A stretch of 64,000 nt of DNA from contig CAVHFU010000002.1 of NCBI GenBank assembly GCA_963635575.1, positions 17,768 through 81,767 on the forward strand. The letters are read 5' to 3'. Under the pieces are notes generated by a model, which was not told where the DNA came from, did not search any database, and saw nothing but the letters and a program-made list of their open reading frames with translations. Of this stretch, positions 17,884-28,639 are shown piece after piece. Source of the DNA: a bacterium (GTDB lineage: Bacteria; Bacillota; Clostridia; TANB77; RGIG9151). The translations under genes and the position numbers were made by a program. How positions within the stretch are numbered: position 1 is the stretch's first letter; each line of letters opens with the position of its first letter.

Positions 17884-18588
17884 ATGTTAGAAAATTTTTA
17901 TAATGCTATACTTAATTTAATATATCCCGCAAGATGTGGATTTTGTAATGAAATTACAGGAACTAAACAGTTTATATGTGACAATTGCAGATATAAATTG
18001 AAACAAGAGTATACTAATCGCTGTGTATATTGTGGAAAAACCACACACTTAGCAAATGTTTGCAGGGAGTGTAGTGGTAAAAAGATATATTATGATAAAT
18101 TAGTGTTTTTTAATGAATATACAAAAGAATTTAGAGAGAAAATACATTCATATAAGTTTCACGATAAAAAATTTTATTATAATTTTTTCGAGGAACTAAT
18201 TTACGACAAATTATGCGGTATTGAAGCTGATATAATTATTCCTGTGCCTGTAAGTTGTGAACGGTTAAAGGAAAGAGGATATAATCAGTCTGCATTAATT
18301 GGAGAAAAACTTGCAAAAGACATGAAAATTGAATATAACGGTGAAATATTAATAAAAACAAGAAATAGCGAAAAGCAGAGTATGCAAAGTTTTTTAAAAA
18401 GGCGACAGTCTGTTAAGAATATTTTCCAAATTACCGATATATTAGAAATAAGAGGTAAAAAAGTAATTTTAATAGACGATGTATTTGCAACCGGTTCAAC
18501 AGCAAATGAGTGTAGCAAAGAGTTAATTAAAGCCGGAGCAAAAAGTGTAATTGTTGCAGTAATTTCGATAAGTCATACATTGAAATAA
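17884..18588 (+). CDS. comFC: ComF-family competence protein (ComFC-like phosphoribosyltransferase)
   Basis: N-terminal 4-Cys zinc finger (CGFC...CDNC...C..C). C-terminal PRTase motif VILIDDVFATGST. Confidence 0.7.
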   Translation: MLENFYNAILNLIYPARCGFCNEITGTKQFICDNCRYKLKQEYTNRCVYCGKTTHLANVCRECSGKKIYYDKLVFFNEYTKEFREKIHSYKFHDKKFYYNFFEELIYDKLCGIEADIIIPVPVSCERLKERGYNQSALIGEKLAKDMKIEYNGEILIKTRNSEKQSMQSFLKRRQSVKNIFQITDILEIRGKKVILIDDVFATGSTANECSKELIKAGAKSVIVAVISISHTLK

Positions 18589-18646
18589 TGGCTATATATT
18601 GCAAAGTATACAAAAATTAAAAAGTTAAAAAAATTACAGTTTCCTA

Positions 18647-18673
18647 TTAAGTATTTAAGATTTCTGCCGATAT
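18647..18673 (+). promoter_or_regulatory. sigmaD (sigma-28/FliA) promoter upstream of flgM
   Basis: TTAA - 15 nt - GCCGATAT: a perfect -10 match to the sigmaD consensus TAAA-N15-GCCGATAT. Confidence 0.55.
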
Positions 18674-18718
18674 ATTATTCACAAGGAGTAAAAGAGTTAT
18701 TTGAAAGAGGTGCTTAGG

Positions 18719-19006
18719 ATGAGAATTTCAGGAAATGTTTCAGCAGTAACAGGAATTTATACGAATGACAAAAAAATCTCTAAAGTAGAGAATGTTAATA
18801 AATTAAGTTTAGGGAAAGATGATATTAAAATTTCTAGTAAAGCTAAGGATTATACTACAGCTATGAATGCGTTAAAGGATGTTCCGGATGTAAGACAAGA
18901 TAGAGTTGATGAGATATCTGCTAAATTTGCAAAAAATGAATATAAAGTTTCCGGAGATGATATTGCTGATAAAATTCTAAACGGTGGTTTTGATGCATCA
19001 ATATAG
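18719..19006 (+). CDS. flgM: Anti-sigma-28 factor FlgM
   Basis: 96 aa; C-terminal ...RQDRVDEISAKFAKNEYKVSGDDIADKIL. Location after comFC, as in Bacillus. Confidence 0.65.
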   Translation: MRISGNVSAVTGIYTNDKKISKVENVNKLSLGKDDIKISSKAKDYTTAMNALKDVPDVRQDRVDEISAKFAKNEYKVSGDDIADKILNGGFDASI

Positions 19007-19108
19007 TAAAGTGGTTTTTGGGCGATGAGAATCGCCTTTTTTTCTTGCTTAAATATTTGACACATAGCATATAAATTTGATATATTACTGTGTACGGGGG
19101 TATTTACA

Positions 19109-19528
19109 ATGGAAAGAATAATGATTAACATAGACGGAACACAAAATTTCGGAAATGGAGAAGCTAATAATGTTGAGCTTACTACGGAAGGTGAACTTAG
19201 TGTTTCTGTAGATTCGTATACCTTAAAGTATAAAGAGAGTGAACTAACCGGGATGGAGGGCACTACTACTGAAATTACTGTTGAAAATAGCGGAATAGTA
19301 AATCTAATTAGAAGTGGTACCGTAAATTCTAATTTGGTTTTTGAAGAAGGAAAAAGGCATTTGTCTTACTACGATACAAACGATGGAGCATTTTCAATTG
19401 GAGTATTTGCTAGTTATGTGGATACGGTTTTAGAAAGAAATTATGGAGAAATATCTATAACATATGCCATGGATGTAGATGATAAACCAATTGGAGAAAA
19501 TGAGATAAGAGTAAGATTTAAGAGATAA
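19109..19528 (+). CDS. DUF1934 (YwiB-like) beta-barrel protein
   Basis: 139 aa; SELTGMEGTTTEI...SYYDT pattern recalled from YwiB-family proteins. Confidence 0.5.
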   Translation: MERIMINIDGTQNFGNGEANNVELTTEGELSVSVDSYTLKYKESELTGMEGTTTEITVENSGIVNLIRSGTVNSNLVFEEGKRHLSYYDTNDGAFSIGVFASYVDTVLERNYGEISITYAMDVDDKPIGENEIRVRFKR

Positions 19529-19543
19529 AAAACTAATTTTCTA

Positions 19544-19650
19544 TTGAATTTTATGGAAATATATAGTAATATATAAATATAATATGAAATTTATGGTTCG
19601 TACTATAAGTATGAAAGAGAAAAGAGACTGTTTCCCCAGTCTCTTTTCTT
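19544..19650 (+). ncRNA. Putative small antisense/antitoxin RNA (promoter through bidirectional terminator)
   Basis: TTGAAT - 17 nt - TAATAT promoter (19544-19572). ~70-nt transcript ends at hairpin AGAGACTGtttccccCAGTCTCT + T-run. Its 5' part UUUAUGGUUCGUACUA is complementary to the translation initiation region of the convergent peptide mRNA. Confidence 0.35.
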
Positions 19651-19658
19651 TTTCCCTA

Positions 19659-19733
19659 TTATTCTACTATTGATGTAAGTAATATTAAGATGAAAATAGT
19701 AAGTAGAATAACTCTTATGAATTTATGGTTCAT
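19659..19733 (-). CDS. 24-aa hydrophobic micropeptide (type I toxin-like): MNHKFIRVILLTIFILILLTSIVE
   Basis: Minus strand. TTGATT - 17 nt - TATTAT promoter at ~19775-19803, strong AAGGAGG RBS 7 nt before ATG, and a shared bidirectional terminator. A single TM helix with a charged end. Confidence 0.4.
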   Translation of the reverse strand: MNHKFIRVILLTIFILILLTSIVE

Positions 19734-19920
19734 ACTACGCCTCCTTTCCGTCGTATTTGCGACTACCGGTGGCAAACAAATAATACCATATATTGGAATA
19801 AAAATCAACCAATTTCTGTAATAATTGGATTAAAATTCTATGTAAAAAACTATTACTTGATAAACCACAAGTAAATGTGATAAAATATAATGTAAAATTG
19901 TAATTATAAGGAGAAAGTTT

Positions 19921-21726
19921 ATGCAACAAGACAAAATTAGAAATTTTAGTATTATAGCACATATAGATCACGGAAAATCTACATTAGCGGACAGAATGTT
20001 AGAACTTACAGGTGTTTTATCTAAAAGAGAGATGGAAGACCAGGTTTTAGATAATATGGATATAGAGCGTGAACGCGGAATTACTATTAAAGCACAAGCA
20101 GTAAGAATGCTTTATAAGGCACATGACGGTGAAACGTATGAGCTTAATTTAATAGATACCCCGGGACATGTTGACTTTAACTATGAAGTGTCAAGAAGTT
20201 TGGCTGCTTGTGAAGGAGCAGTTTTAGTTGTAGATGCTTCACAAGGTATAGAGGCACAAACTTTAGCTAATACATATTTAGCATTGGAAAATAATTTAGA
20301 AATATTGCCTGTTATAAACAAGGTTGATTTGCCAAATGCAAGGCCAGATGAAATTGCACATGAAATAGAAGATGTCATTGGACTAGAAGCTATGGATGCT
20401 CCTAGAATTTCAGCAAAATCGGGTCTAAATGTTGAGGCAGTTTTAGAAGAAATAGTAAAGAAAGTTCCGGCGCCAACTGGAGATGAAAATAAGCCACTAA
20501 AGGCACTTATATTTGATTCTTTCTATGATAATTACAGAGGTGCTATTTCGTATGTTAGATTAAAAGAAGGACAAGTCAAGGTGGGCGATACAATTTTAAT
20601 GATGTCTACTGGTAAAACATTTACAGTAACGGAAGTAGGATATTTTAGACCGGGGAGCTATATTCCGACAGATGTCCTAAAGGCAGGACAAGTTGGATAT
20701 GTTGCCGCAAGTATAAAGAATGTAAGTGATACACGTGTTGGTGATACAATTACTAATGCTAATAACAGAACAGATACACCACTAGAAGGCTATAAAAAGG
20801 CAGTACCAATGGTGTTCTGTGGAGTATATCCTGTTGATGGAGCTGATTATGAGAATTTAAAAATGGCGTTAGAAAAATTACAATTAAACGATGCAGCACT
20901 ACTTTTTGAACCAGAAACTTCTATAGCACTTGGTTTCGGATTTAGATGTGGCTTTTTAGGGCTTCTTCATTTAGAAATTATTCAAGAAAGATTAGAGAGA
21001 GAATATAATCTTAATTTAATTACTACTGCTCCGAGCGTTATTTATAGGGTTACAAAAACTGATGGTGAAGTGGGTATGGTTTCTAATCCAACTAATTTAC
21101 CTGCTCCACAGGAAATTGATTTTATGGAAGAACCTATGGTTAAGGCTTCTATTATGCTTCCAAAGGAGTTTGTAGGAAACATTATGGAATTATGTCAGGA
21201 CAGACGCGGAAATTATTTAAATATGCAGTATTTAGATGAAACCAGAGTTACATTGATTTATGAATTACCACTTAACGAGATTATTTATGATTTCTTTGAT
21301 GCATTAAAATCGAGAACTAAAGGATATGCTTCCTTTGACTATGAACTTATAGGATATAATCGCTCAAAGCTTGTAAAGTTGGATATTTTACTTAATAACG
21401 AAGTGGTAGATGCGCTATCATTTATTGTTCATGAGGATAAAGCGTATGTAAGAGGAAGAAAAATTGCTGAAAAATTGAAGGATGTTATCCCAAGACAATT
21501 ATTTGAAGTGCCAATTCAGGCAGCAATAGGTGGAAAAATTATTGCAAGAGAGACGATAAGTGCTATGAGAAAAGATGTATTGGCAAAATGTTATGGTGGA
21601 GATATCTCAAGAAAGAGAAAACTACTTGAAAAACAGAAAGAGGGAAAAAAGAGAATGAGACAGGTTGGTTCTGTTGAAATCCCTCAAGAGGCATTTATGT
21701 CTATCTTAAAACTTGACGATAATTAA
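19921..21726 (+). CDS. lepA: Elongation factor 4 (LepA)
   Basis: [21 protein letters not shown]1 motif, DTPGHVDF; 601 aa. Confidence 0.9.
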   Translation: MQQDKIRNFSIIAHIDHGKSTLADRMLELTGVLSKREMEDQVLDNMDIERERGITIKAQAVRMLYKAHDGETYELNLIDTPGHVDFNYEVSRSLAACEGAVLVVDASQGIEAQTLANTYLALENNLEILPVINKVDLPNARPDEIAHEIEDVIGLEAMDAPRISAKSGLNVEAVLEEIVKKVPAPTGDENKPLKALIFDSFYDNYRGAISYVRLKEGQVKVGDTILMMSTGKTFTVTEVGYFRPGSYIPTDVLKAGQVGYVAASIKNVSDTRVGDTITNANNRTDTPLEGYKKAVPMVFCGVYPVDGADYENLKMALEKLQLNDAALLFEPETSIALGFGFRCGFLGLLHLEIIQERLEREYNLNLITTAPSVIYRVTKTDGEVGMVSNPTNLPAPQEIDFMEEPMVKASIMLPKEFVGNIMELCQDRRGNYLNMQYLDETRVTLIYELPLNEIIYDFFDALKSRTKGYASFDYELIGYNRSKLVKLDILLNNEVVDALSFIVHEDKAYVRGRKIAEKLKDVIPRQLFEVPIQAAIGGKIIARETISAMRKDVLAKCYGGDISRKRKLLEKQKEGKKRMRQVGSVEIPQEAFMSILKLDDN

Positions 21727-21745
21727 ATGAAGGAGAAAGGTTAAT

Positions 21746-22480
21746 ATGATGGAAGACATAGTTTTCGGAAGAAATTCCGTTATAGAATTATTAAATTCAG
21801 ATAGAACAATTAATAAACTATTTATTCAAAAGGGAGAAAACTACGGGTCTATAAAAAAAGTAATAGATTTAGCTAGAGGCAAGAAAATTGTTATAAGTGA
21901 GGTACATAAGTCTAAGCTAGACGAAATGACGGAAGGGCAAAATCACCAAGGAGTCGTAGCTTTAACATCTCCTTATAAATACTGTGAAATTGACGATATA
22001 TTAAATGTGGCAAAGGAGCGTGGTGAAAATCCGTTTATCATCATATTAGACGGGATAGAAGACCCGCATAATTTGGGCGCTGTAATACGTACAGCAGAAT
22101 GTATGGGAGTTCACGGAATTGTAATTCCAAAGAGAAGAGCTGTATCTGTCACGAATACTGTCGCGAAAGTAGCAGCAGGAGCGTTAGAGTATATGAAGAT
22201 AGCTCGTGTTAATAACATAAATGACGCAATTGAAGAACTAAAAGAAAATGGTGTTTGGGTTGTTGGAACTGATGCGAGTGGAAAAGATAATTTGGCTGAT
22301 ATAGATATGGTCGGCTCAATTGCTATTGTAATTGGAAGCGAAGGCGAGGGAATGGCTAGTTTAACTAGAAAAAGATGTGATTTCTTGGCTAAAATTCCTA
22401 TGAAGGGCAAAATCACGTCGCTTAATGCTTCTGTTACTTGTGGAATGGTTATATATGAGGTTGCACGTCAGAGAAGATAG
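21746..22480 (+). CDS. rlmB: SpoU/TrmH-family 23S rRNA 2'-O-methyltransferase (RlmB-like)
   Basis: N-terminal L30e-like region plus SPOUT motifs ([28 protein letters not shown]). Confidence 0.7.
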   Translation: MMEDIVFGRNSVIELLNSDRTINKLFIQKGENYGSIKKVIDLARGKKIVISEVHKSKLDEMTEGQNHQGVVALTSPYKYCEIDDILNVAKERGENPFIIILDGIEDPHNLGAVIRTAECMGVHGIVIPKRRAVSVTNTVAKVAAGALEYMKIARVNNINDAIEELKENGVWVVGTDASGKDNLADIDMVGSIAIVIGSEGEGMASLTRKRCDFLAKIPMKGKITSLNASVTCGMVIYEVARQRR

Positions 22481-22482
22481 AT

Positions 22483-24801
22483 TTGATGAAAGGAAGTTGT
22501 CAAATGGGACGAAAGATAAATAATAAGTCACAGGATAAGGGGCTTAAACAAGAGATTTTTGGTGTGGTAACTTGTTTCTGTTCGGTACTTTTAGCCTATG
22601 GGGTATTTTCCAGAGGTCATTCCGGTGCATGGGGAAATGCAATTGTTAATTTTTTCTTTGGTTTACTTGGAAATGTTGCTTATATTTTCCCATTTTTTAT
22701 GCTTATTTTCGGTATACAGCTCATTACTAAGAGTGCTAAGAAAAGAAATAGATTTTTTAAGTTTTCTATGTTTTTTATGCTAAGTGTTTCATTTTTACTA
22801 TTTTTAATTAATGAAAAAACTGTTAATAGCGAGGCTGGGCTTACAGCACTTGTTAAAAATTTATATATGCAAGGACAAATTCCGACTGGTGGTGGCGTTG
22901 TAAGTATTTTTGCCGCTCCGTTTATAAAGTTTTTTGGAATAGTATGGACATACATAATTTTTATTTGCACCATGATTGTTTGTGTTTTATTAATTACAGA
23001 GATTCATCCGGCTACTATTCTTTTATGGATTAGAGATAAGGCAAGTGAAATAAAGAATAGCGAAAATGAATATGTAAAAGATTTTGAAAACAATGAAAAA
23101 CCTAAAATTAAAAAGCCTGTTAAACTAAAAATTGATGATGTGCCTAATGAAATTCCAATTGAAAAGTTTGATTTGGCAAATCAAATAGGAATAGATGAAG
23201 TTAAAGATGGAAAGGTGGAGGAAGAGGAGAAACCTGTTTCGAAGCCACAAGAAGAAGTAAAGAAGGAAGAAATAAAAAATGAGAATAAGAAGCCAAGTGA
23301 TAATGAGCCTATTCCTACAATTAATATTGATACCGTAGAACCAGAAGTACCTAATTATGTGTTGCCTCCTATTGATATTTTACAAAAGCCAAAAGGTGTA
23401 GGTGGAGATAAATATAAAAAGGAGCTTGTTGCGACTGCACAAAAACTTCAAGATACATTAAATAGTTTTGGGGTTGCGGCGAACGTTGTAAATGTTAGTA
23501 GAGGACCTGCGGTAACAAGATATGAATTGGCTCCGGAGGCTGGTGTTAAAGTTAGTAAAATTGTTGGGCTTACGGATGATATTGCTTTGAATTTAGCAGC
23601 TCCTTCTATTCGTATGGAAGCGCCTATTCCGGGCAAGGCTGCTGTTGGTATAGAAATTCCCAATACTTCTGTAGATGCGGTGTTCTTAAGAGAAATTTTA
23701 GATACTAAAGATTTTAATGAACACCCTTCAAAGATTGCTTTTGGCCTTGGAAAAGATACTGCAGGTAAGACGATGATTGCGGATATAGCTAAAATGCCAC
23801 ACGTATTAATTGCCGGTGCCACAGGTTCTGGAAAGAGCGTATGCATAAATACTATTATTACAAGTTTGCTTTATCGTGCAAAGCCTAATGAAGTAAAACT
23901 TATCATGATTGATCCAAAGGTTGTTGAACTTGGAGTATATAACGGAATCCCTCATTTATTAATACCGGTTGTTACTGATCCTAAAAAAGCTGCCGGTGCC
24001 TTAAATTGGGCTGTACAGGAAATGGTAAACAGATATAATTTGTTCGCTCAAAAGGGTGTTCGTGATATGAAGGGATATAATGAGGCAGTAAAAGCTAATG
24101 GTGAGGACGGAGCACTACCTCATATTGTAATTATAGTTGACGAGTTGGCTGACTTGATGATGGTTGCACCTAATGATGTTGAAGATGCAATTTGCCGTTT
24201 GGCACAAATGGCAAGAGCAGCGGGAATGCATTTAGTAATTGCGACACAAAGACCGTCTGTTGATGTTATTACAGGTCTTATAAAAGCTAATGTTCCCTCG
24301 AGAATTGCTTTTGCAGTTTCGTCACAAGTGGATTCGAGGACTATTTTGGACATGGCGGGAGCTGAAAAGTTACTTGGAAAAGGCGATATGTTATTCTATC
24401 CAATGGGAGCTTCAAAACCTACCAGAGTTCAAGGTGCATTTGTTACTGATAAAGAAGTAGAACAAATAGTAGACTTTATTAAATCAAAAAATGAAGTTAA
24501 GTATGATGAAGATGTTTTGGAGAAAATTCAGAGTGGAGTGACGGGAACGGCTAAATCCGAAGAAAATGCAGAGGATGTTGATCCGCTGTTAAATGACGTA
24601 ATCTCAATGGTGGTCGAGCTTGGACAGGCTTCTACTTCATTAATTCAAAGAAGGTTTAAGGTTGGGTATGCAAGGGCGGCAAGAATAATAGACCAAATGG
24701 AAGAACGAGGCATAATAAGCGGGTTTGATGGAACTAAACCTAGACAGGTACTAATATCTAAAGAGAATTGGGAAGAAATGCAGGCTACAAGTAATAAATA
24801 A
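22483..24801 (+). CDS. ftsK: DNA translocase FtsK/SpoIIIE
   Basis: N-terminal TM helices, Walker A GATGSGKS, Walker [15 protein letters not shown]-terminal gamma winged-helix domain. Alternative start at 22504. Confidence 0.85.
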   Translation: MMKGSCQMGRKINNKSQDKGLKQEIFGVVTCFCSVLLAYGVFSRGHSGAWGNAIVNFFFGLLGNVAYIFPFFMLIFGIQLITKSAKKRNRFFKFSMFFMLSVSFLLFLINEKTVNSEAGLTALVKNLYMQGQIPTGGGVVSIFAAPFIKFFGIVWTYIIFICTMIVCVLLITEIHPATILLWIRDKASEIKNSENEYVKDFENNEKPKIKKPVKLKIDDVPNEIPIEKFDLANQIGIDEVKDGKVEEEEKPVSKPQEEVKKEEIKNENKKPSDNEPIPTINIDTVEPEVPNYVLPPIDILQKPKGVGGDKYKKELVATAQKLQDTLNSFGVAANVVNVSRGPAVTRYELAPEAGVKVSKIVGLTDDIALNLAAPSIRMEAPIPGKAAVGIEIPNTSVDAVFLREILDTKDFNEHPSKIAFGLGKDTAGKTMIADIAKMPHVLIAGATGSGKSVCINTIITSLLYRAKPNEVKLIMIDPKVVELGVYNGIPHLLIPVVTDPKKAAGALNWAVQEMVNRYNLFAQKGVRDMKGYNEAVKANGEDGALPHIVIIVDELADLMMVAPNDVEDAICRLAQMARAAGMHLVIATQRPSVDVITGLIKANVPSRIAFAVSSQVDSRTILDMAGAEKLLGKGDMLFYPMGASKPTRVQGAFVTDKEVEQIVDFIKSKNEVKYDEDVLEKIQSGVTGTAKSEENAEDVDPLLNDVISMVVELGQASTSLIQRRFKVGYARAARIIDQMEERGIISGFDGTKPRQVLISKENWEEMQATSNK

Positions 24802-24815
24802 ATATAATGAGATAA

Positions 24816-24851
24816 AAAAGATGAAAATGTTAATTATTTTCATCTTTTTTT
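24816..24851 (+). terminator. Rho-independent terminator after ftsK
   Basis: AAAAAGATGAAAATGttaattaTTTTCATCTTTTTTT hairpin. Confidence 0.6.
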
Positions 24852-24968
24852 GCATAGGGTATTGCAATTTTTACAAAACAATGTATAATTATTATGGTAA
24901 CTAAATTTGTTGCTAGCCATTTTTTGGCGGACGTATTTAAAAATAATTATTTTTGGAGGATTTTTATC

Positions 24969-25304
24969 ATGGCACAGATCACTTTCACGACAAAGGCATG
25001 TTCTAATTGGATTCCTGCGACTAATAGGGTGAGTGCTAAGACACTTGCTACTTTTAATGAAATCGAGAAGGAGATAAAGAAAAATATAAAGAATAGAGGT
25101 CCATATCTCGAGCAATTTTTGTACGAGATGCGGGAAAATTTAAAAAGACCGGATTCTGCAACATGGCTTGAGGAAAACAGAAAGGAAAATAGAGAGTCAG
25201 TCTTCCTTATGCCCGATTTAGATCTGTTGTCAACGGATTCTAAAGAATTGCGTATCGAGAAGTTAATTATCGGTGCAAAATTAATTGAAGTAATTGAAGC
25301 TTAA
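24969..25304 (+). CDS. Hypothetical protein (111 aa)
   Basis: TTGCAA - 16 nt - TATAAT promoter and GGAGGA RBS before ATG 24969; the track ORF starts earlier. No recognisable motif. Confidence 0.4.
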   Translation: MAQITFTTKACSNWIPATNRVSAKTLATFNEIEKEIKKNIKNRGPYLEQFLYEMRENLKRPDSATWLEENRKENRESVFLMPDLDLLSTDSKELRIEKLIIGAKLIEVIEA

Positions 25305-25446
25305 TTTTTTACTTGAAATAACTTAGGGAAAAGTTGCATTAAATCACAATGCAATGTAAACTAAACAAGTAAAAATTATTACGCTATGATTCGAATTTAT
25401 TTCGAATTAAACCACCCCAACGATTATATATCAAGGAGGATTAAGT

Positions 25447-25734
25447 ATGTGGTGTTTTCTTAAGGACGAACTGTTAAAGGACATTGTTCCTACTATCGAG
25501 AAATTCACTGATGAGAGTGACAAGAAAAAGGCTGAGAATTTGGTAAAGAAGATTGATGATGTACTCGTTAAGACCGGAAGTGGTTATTCACTTGAGAAAC
25601 TTTGGCAATCTGATGTAGAATTTAAGAAAGAAGTAGAGTACTTCGTAACTAGCAAAGATCCGTACTTGGGATTGTTCGGCGAAAAGATTGTGTGGCTTGT
25701 AACAAAAGCTCCGCATTTTTACAACGAAGACTAG
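25447..25734 (+). CDS. Hypothetical protein (95 aa)
   Basis: AAGGAGGA RBS. Terminator GGAGCGACCgatAGGTCGCTC downstream. No recognisable motif. Confidence 0.4.
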   Translation: MWCFLKDELLKDIVPTIEKFTDESDKKKAENLVKKIDDVLVKTGSGYSLEKLWQSDVEFKKEVEYFVTSKDPYLGLFGEKIVWLVTKAPHFYNED

Positions 25735-25856
25735 TTTAATATTTGACTTAGGAGCGACCGATAGGTCGCTCTATTTTTCTTTAAAAAAATGTATTTACAA
25801 GTAAAAAAATATGGTACAATACTCTAGGAAGGAATTCATTATGGAGGTATTGTGTT

Positions 25857-26702
25857 ATGTCTAAATTTGATAAAATGTATTTAGATTTATGTAATAAGAT
25901 ACTTACAGAAGGAACTTATGTTCAAAATAGAACCGGAATTTCTACATATAAATTACCACATCAGATTTTACAGTTTGATTTGGCTGAGGAGTTCCCAATT
26001 TTAACAACCAAACAAGTAGCTTTTAAACATGCGGTACTGGAAATGCTATGGATATATCAAGTACAAAGTAATGATGTTAGTTGGCTAAAAGATAGGGGAA
26101 TTAAGATTTGGAATGAGTGGGAAATAGGCGAAGACGGAACTTATATGGGAAAGAATTTCGGTAAAGAATGGGCCGGGACGATAGGAACAGCATATGGTTG
26201 GATAGTAAATAAGTATAAACTTACTCAAAACTTAATTAACACATTAAAAAATAATCCTACTGATAGAAGGATGATAATGTCTTTATGGCAAAATGAATTT
26301 TTACCTACGGCGGCTCTTCCTTCTTGTGTTTGGAATACACAGTGGGATGTTACTGATGGTAAACTTAATTGCTTACTTAATGTTCGCTCTAATGATGTTC
26401 CGTTAGGAATGCCTTTTAATGTAACACAATATGCCGTTTTAATTCACTTACTTGCACATGTTACAGGATTAAAACCTGGTATTTTTACATATGTAATTAA
26501 TAATGCACATATTTATGAAAATCAAATTGAAGGAATTAAGGAGCAAATGAAACGCTTAGATAATGCCTTGCCTGCTCCTAAACTTTGGATTAATGAGGAA
26601 ATAGATGATTTCTTTAAATTCGATAATTCAAAAGAGCTAAAAGATATAAAATTAATAAATTATGAGCATTTAGGAAAGATTTCTATGCCGGTGGCGGTAT
26701 AA
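25857..26702 (+). CDS. thyA: Thymidylate synthase
   Basis: ThyA family features, including the Cys nucleophile region ...AALPSC...; 281 aa; followed by folA. Confidence 0.85.
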   Translation: MSKFDKMYLDLCNKILTEGTYVQNRTGISTYKLPHQILQFDLAEEFPILTTKQVAFKHAVLEMLWIYQVQSNDVSWLKDRGIKIWNEWEIGEDGTYMGKNFGKEWAGTIGTAYGWIVNKYKLTQNLINTLKNNPTDRRMIMSLWQNEFLPTAALPSCVWNTQWDVTDGKLNCLLNVRSNDVPLGMPFNVTQYAVLIHLLAHVTGLKPGIFTYVINNAHIYENQIEGIKEQMKRLDNALPAPKLWINEEIDDFFKFDNSKELKDIKLINYEHLGKISMPVAV

Positions 26703-26714
26703 AGGAGAAAAAAT

Positions 26715-27209
26715 ATGATTAATATTATTGCTGCAATTGGCAAAAATAATGAGCTGGGTAAAGATAATAGCTTGATTTGGAATATTCCTAAAGATTTAAA
26801 GTTCTTTAGAGAGAAGACTAAAAATTCTATTATAGTTATGGGAAGAAATACTTTTAATTCTTTGCCTAGGATTTTACCGGGTAGAAAGCATATTATTTTA
26901 TCAAGTACAAATAATTTTAATAAAGAGATAAATGATGATGTAACAGTTATAAATAATAAAGAGGATTTAATTAATTTATGTAAGAAAATTAGTGAAAATA
27001 ATGAGGTTTTTATTATTGGAGGAGCTTCATTATACAGTATGTTTATAGATATTGCAGATGTTTTGTATATAACACACATAGAAAAAGTTGAAGAAGCAGC
27101 CGATGTATATTTTCCTAAAATAGATGAAGCTAAGTGGAAGAAAAATATTTTAGCAAATGATGAAGATAATAATATAAAATTTTCTTGGGTAGAGTACACT
27201 AAAATTTAG
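26715..27209 (+). CDS. folA: Dihydrofolate reductase
   Basis: IIAAIGKNNELGKDNSLIWNIPKDLKFFREKT...VMGRNTF DHFR signature. Confidence 0.85.
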   Translation: MINIIAAIGKNNELGKDNSLIWNIPKDLKFFREKTKNSIIVMGRNTFNSLPRILPGRKHIILSSTNNFNKEINDDVTVINNKEDLINLCKKISENNEVFIIGGASLYSMFIDIADVLYITHIEKVEEAADVYFPKIDEAKWKKNILANDEDNNIKFSWVEYTKI

Positions 27210-27227
27210 TGAAAGGAAGATATTATT

Positions 27228-28625
27228 ATGAAGAAAGTTGGTATTACCGAAACGATACTTCGTGACGGACATCAATCGCTTATTGCGACAAGAATGACTA
27301 CTGATGAGATGTTACCTGCATTAGAAAAGCTTGATGCTATTGGGTATAATGCATTAGAATGTTGGGGTGGTGCTACATTTGATGTATGTATGAGATTTCT
27401 AAAAGAGGACCCGTGGGTAAGACTTAGAAAGATTAGGGAAACAGTAAAAAATACGAAGCTACAAATGTTGCTTCGTGGTCAAAATTTACTTGGATACAAA
27501 AATTATTCGGATGATGTTGTTGAGTATTTCGTTAAAAAATCTATTTCAAACGGAATAGATATTATTAGAATATTTGATGCATTAAATGATTTTAGAAATA
27601 TTGAAACTGCAATAGAAGCATGTAAACATGAAGGCGGACACGCCCAGGCAACTATATGCTATACAACAAGTCCGGTTCACAGTATAGATGGATTTGTGGA
27701 AGATGCACGACGTTTATATAATATGGGTGCGGATTCTATATGTATTAAAGATATGGCTGGAATATTACTTCCGTATACTGCTTATGAGTTGGTTAAGAGG
27801 ATAAAAGAATATGTTAATTTACCTATTGAACTTCATACGCATTATACTGCAGGTACTGGTTCAATGACTTATCTAAAGGCTATTGAGGCGGGATGTGATA
27901 TAATAGATACAGCACTTTCTCCATTTGCGTTAGGTACTTCACAGCCTTCTACCGAAGCAATGGTAGCAACACTTAATGGAAATGAGTTTGATACAGGACT
28001 TGATTTATCTGCTTTTGCTGATGTTTCTAACTATTTTAATGGAATTAAAGAAAAATATATACAAAATGGAATGCTTGACTCTAAAGTTATGTCGGCAGAT
28101 TCAAATGTACTTATTTACCAAGTACCTGGTGGAATGCTTTCTAATTTAGTTTCACAGTTAAAACAACAAAATGCGATGGATAAGTTTAATGAGGCATTAG
28201 CAGAAGTGCCTAGAGTTCGTGAAGATATGGGGTTCCCTCCTCTAGTTACGCCTACAAGCCAAATTGTAGGTACGCAGGCTGTGTTAAATGTAATTATGGG
28301 TGAGAGATATAAGATGGTTACAAAAGAAACAAAAGGATTGGTAAGAGGAGAATACGGAAGAACTCCTGTACCTATTTCTGAGGAAATAGTGAAAAAAATT
28401 ATTGGTGATGAAACTGTTATTAGCTATAGACCTGCTAATCGAATACCGCCGGAACTTGATAAAATGCGTAAAGAAATGAATGAATATTTTGAGCAAGATG
28501 AAGATGTTTTGTCTTATGCATTATTTCCTAATATTGCATTAGATTTTTTTAAGCTAAGGCGTGCAGAAAAATATGGGATAGAATCAGAATTTACTGATTT
28601 TGAAAATAAAGTAACGATTATATAA
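27228..28625 (+). CDS. Pyruvate/oxaloacetate carboxyltransferase (HMGL-like, OadA/PycB/5S family) without a biotinyl domain
   Basis: ITETILRDGHQSL, HTHYTAGTG and further family motifs. 465 aa; ends before any AMKM biotin-attachment motif. Confidence 0.7.
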   Translation: MKKVGITETILRDGHQSLIATRMTTDEMLPALEKLDAIGYNALECWGGATFDVCMRFLKEDPWVRLRKIRETVKNTKLQMLLRGQNLLGYKNYSDDVVEYFVKKSISNGIDIIRIFDALNDFRNIETAIEACKHEGGHAQATICYTTSPVHSIDGFVEDARRLYNMGADSICIKDMAGILLPYTAYELVKRIKEYVNLPIELHTHYTAGTGSMTYLKAIEAGCDIIDTALSPFALGTSQPSTEAMVATLNGNEFDTGLDLSAFADVSNYFNGIKEKYIQNGMLDSKVMSADSNVLIYQVPGGMLSNLVSQLKQQNAMDKFNEALAEVPRVREDMGFPPLVTPTSQIVGTQAVLNVIMGERYKMVTKETKGLVRGEYGRTPVPISEEIVKKIIGDETVISYRPANRIPPELDKMRKEMNEYFEQDEDVLSYALFPNIALDFFKLRRAEKYGIESEFTDFENKVTII

Positions 28626-28639
28626 GAGGAGTTAAATTT

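Noticed and set aside
19735-19971. 78-aa minus-strand ORF overlapping the lepA start
   Set aside because: Crosses the lepA promoter and 5' end with no RBS. The real small gene on this strand is the 24-aa peptide at 19659-19733, which has its own promoter and RBS.
24840-25115. 91-aa minus-strand ORF
   Set aside because: Overlaps the ftsK terminator and the promoter and start of the 24969 gene. No RBS.
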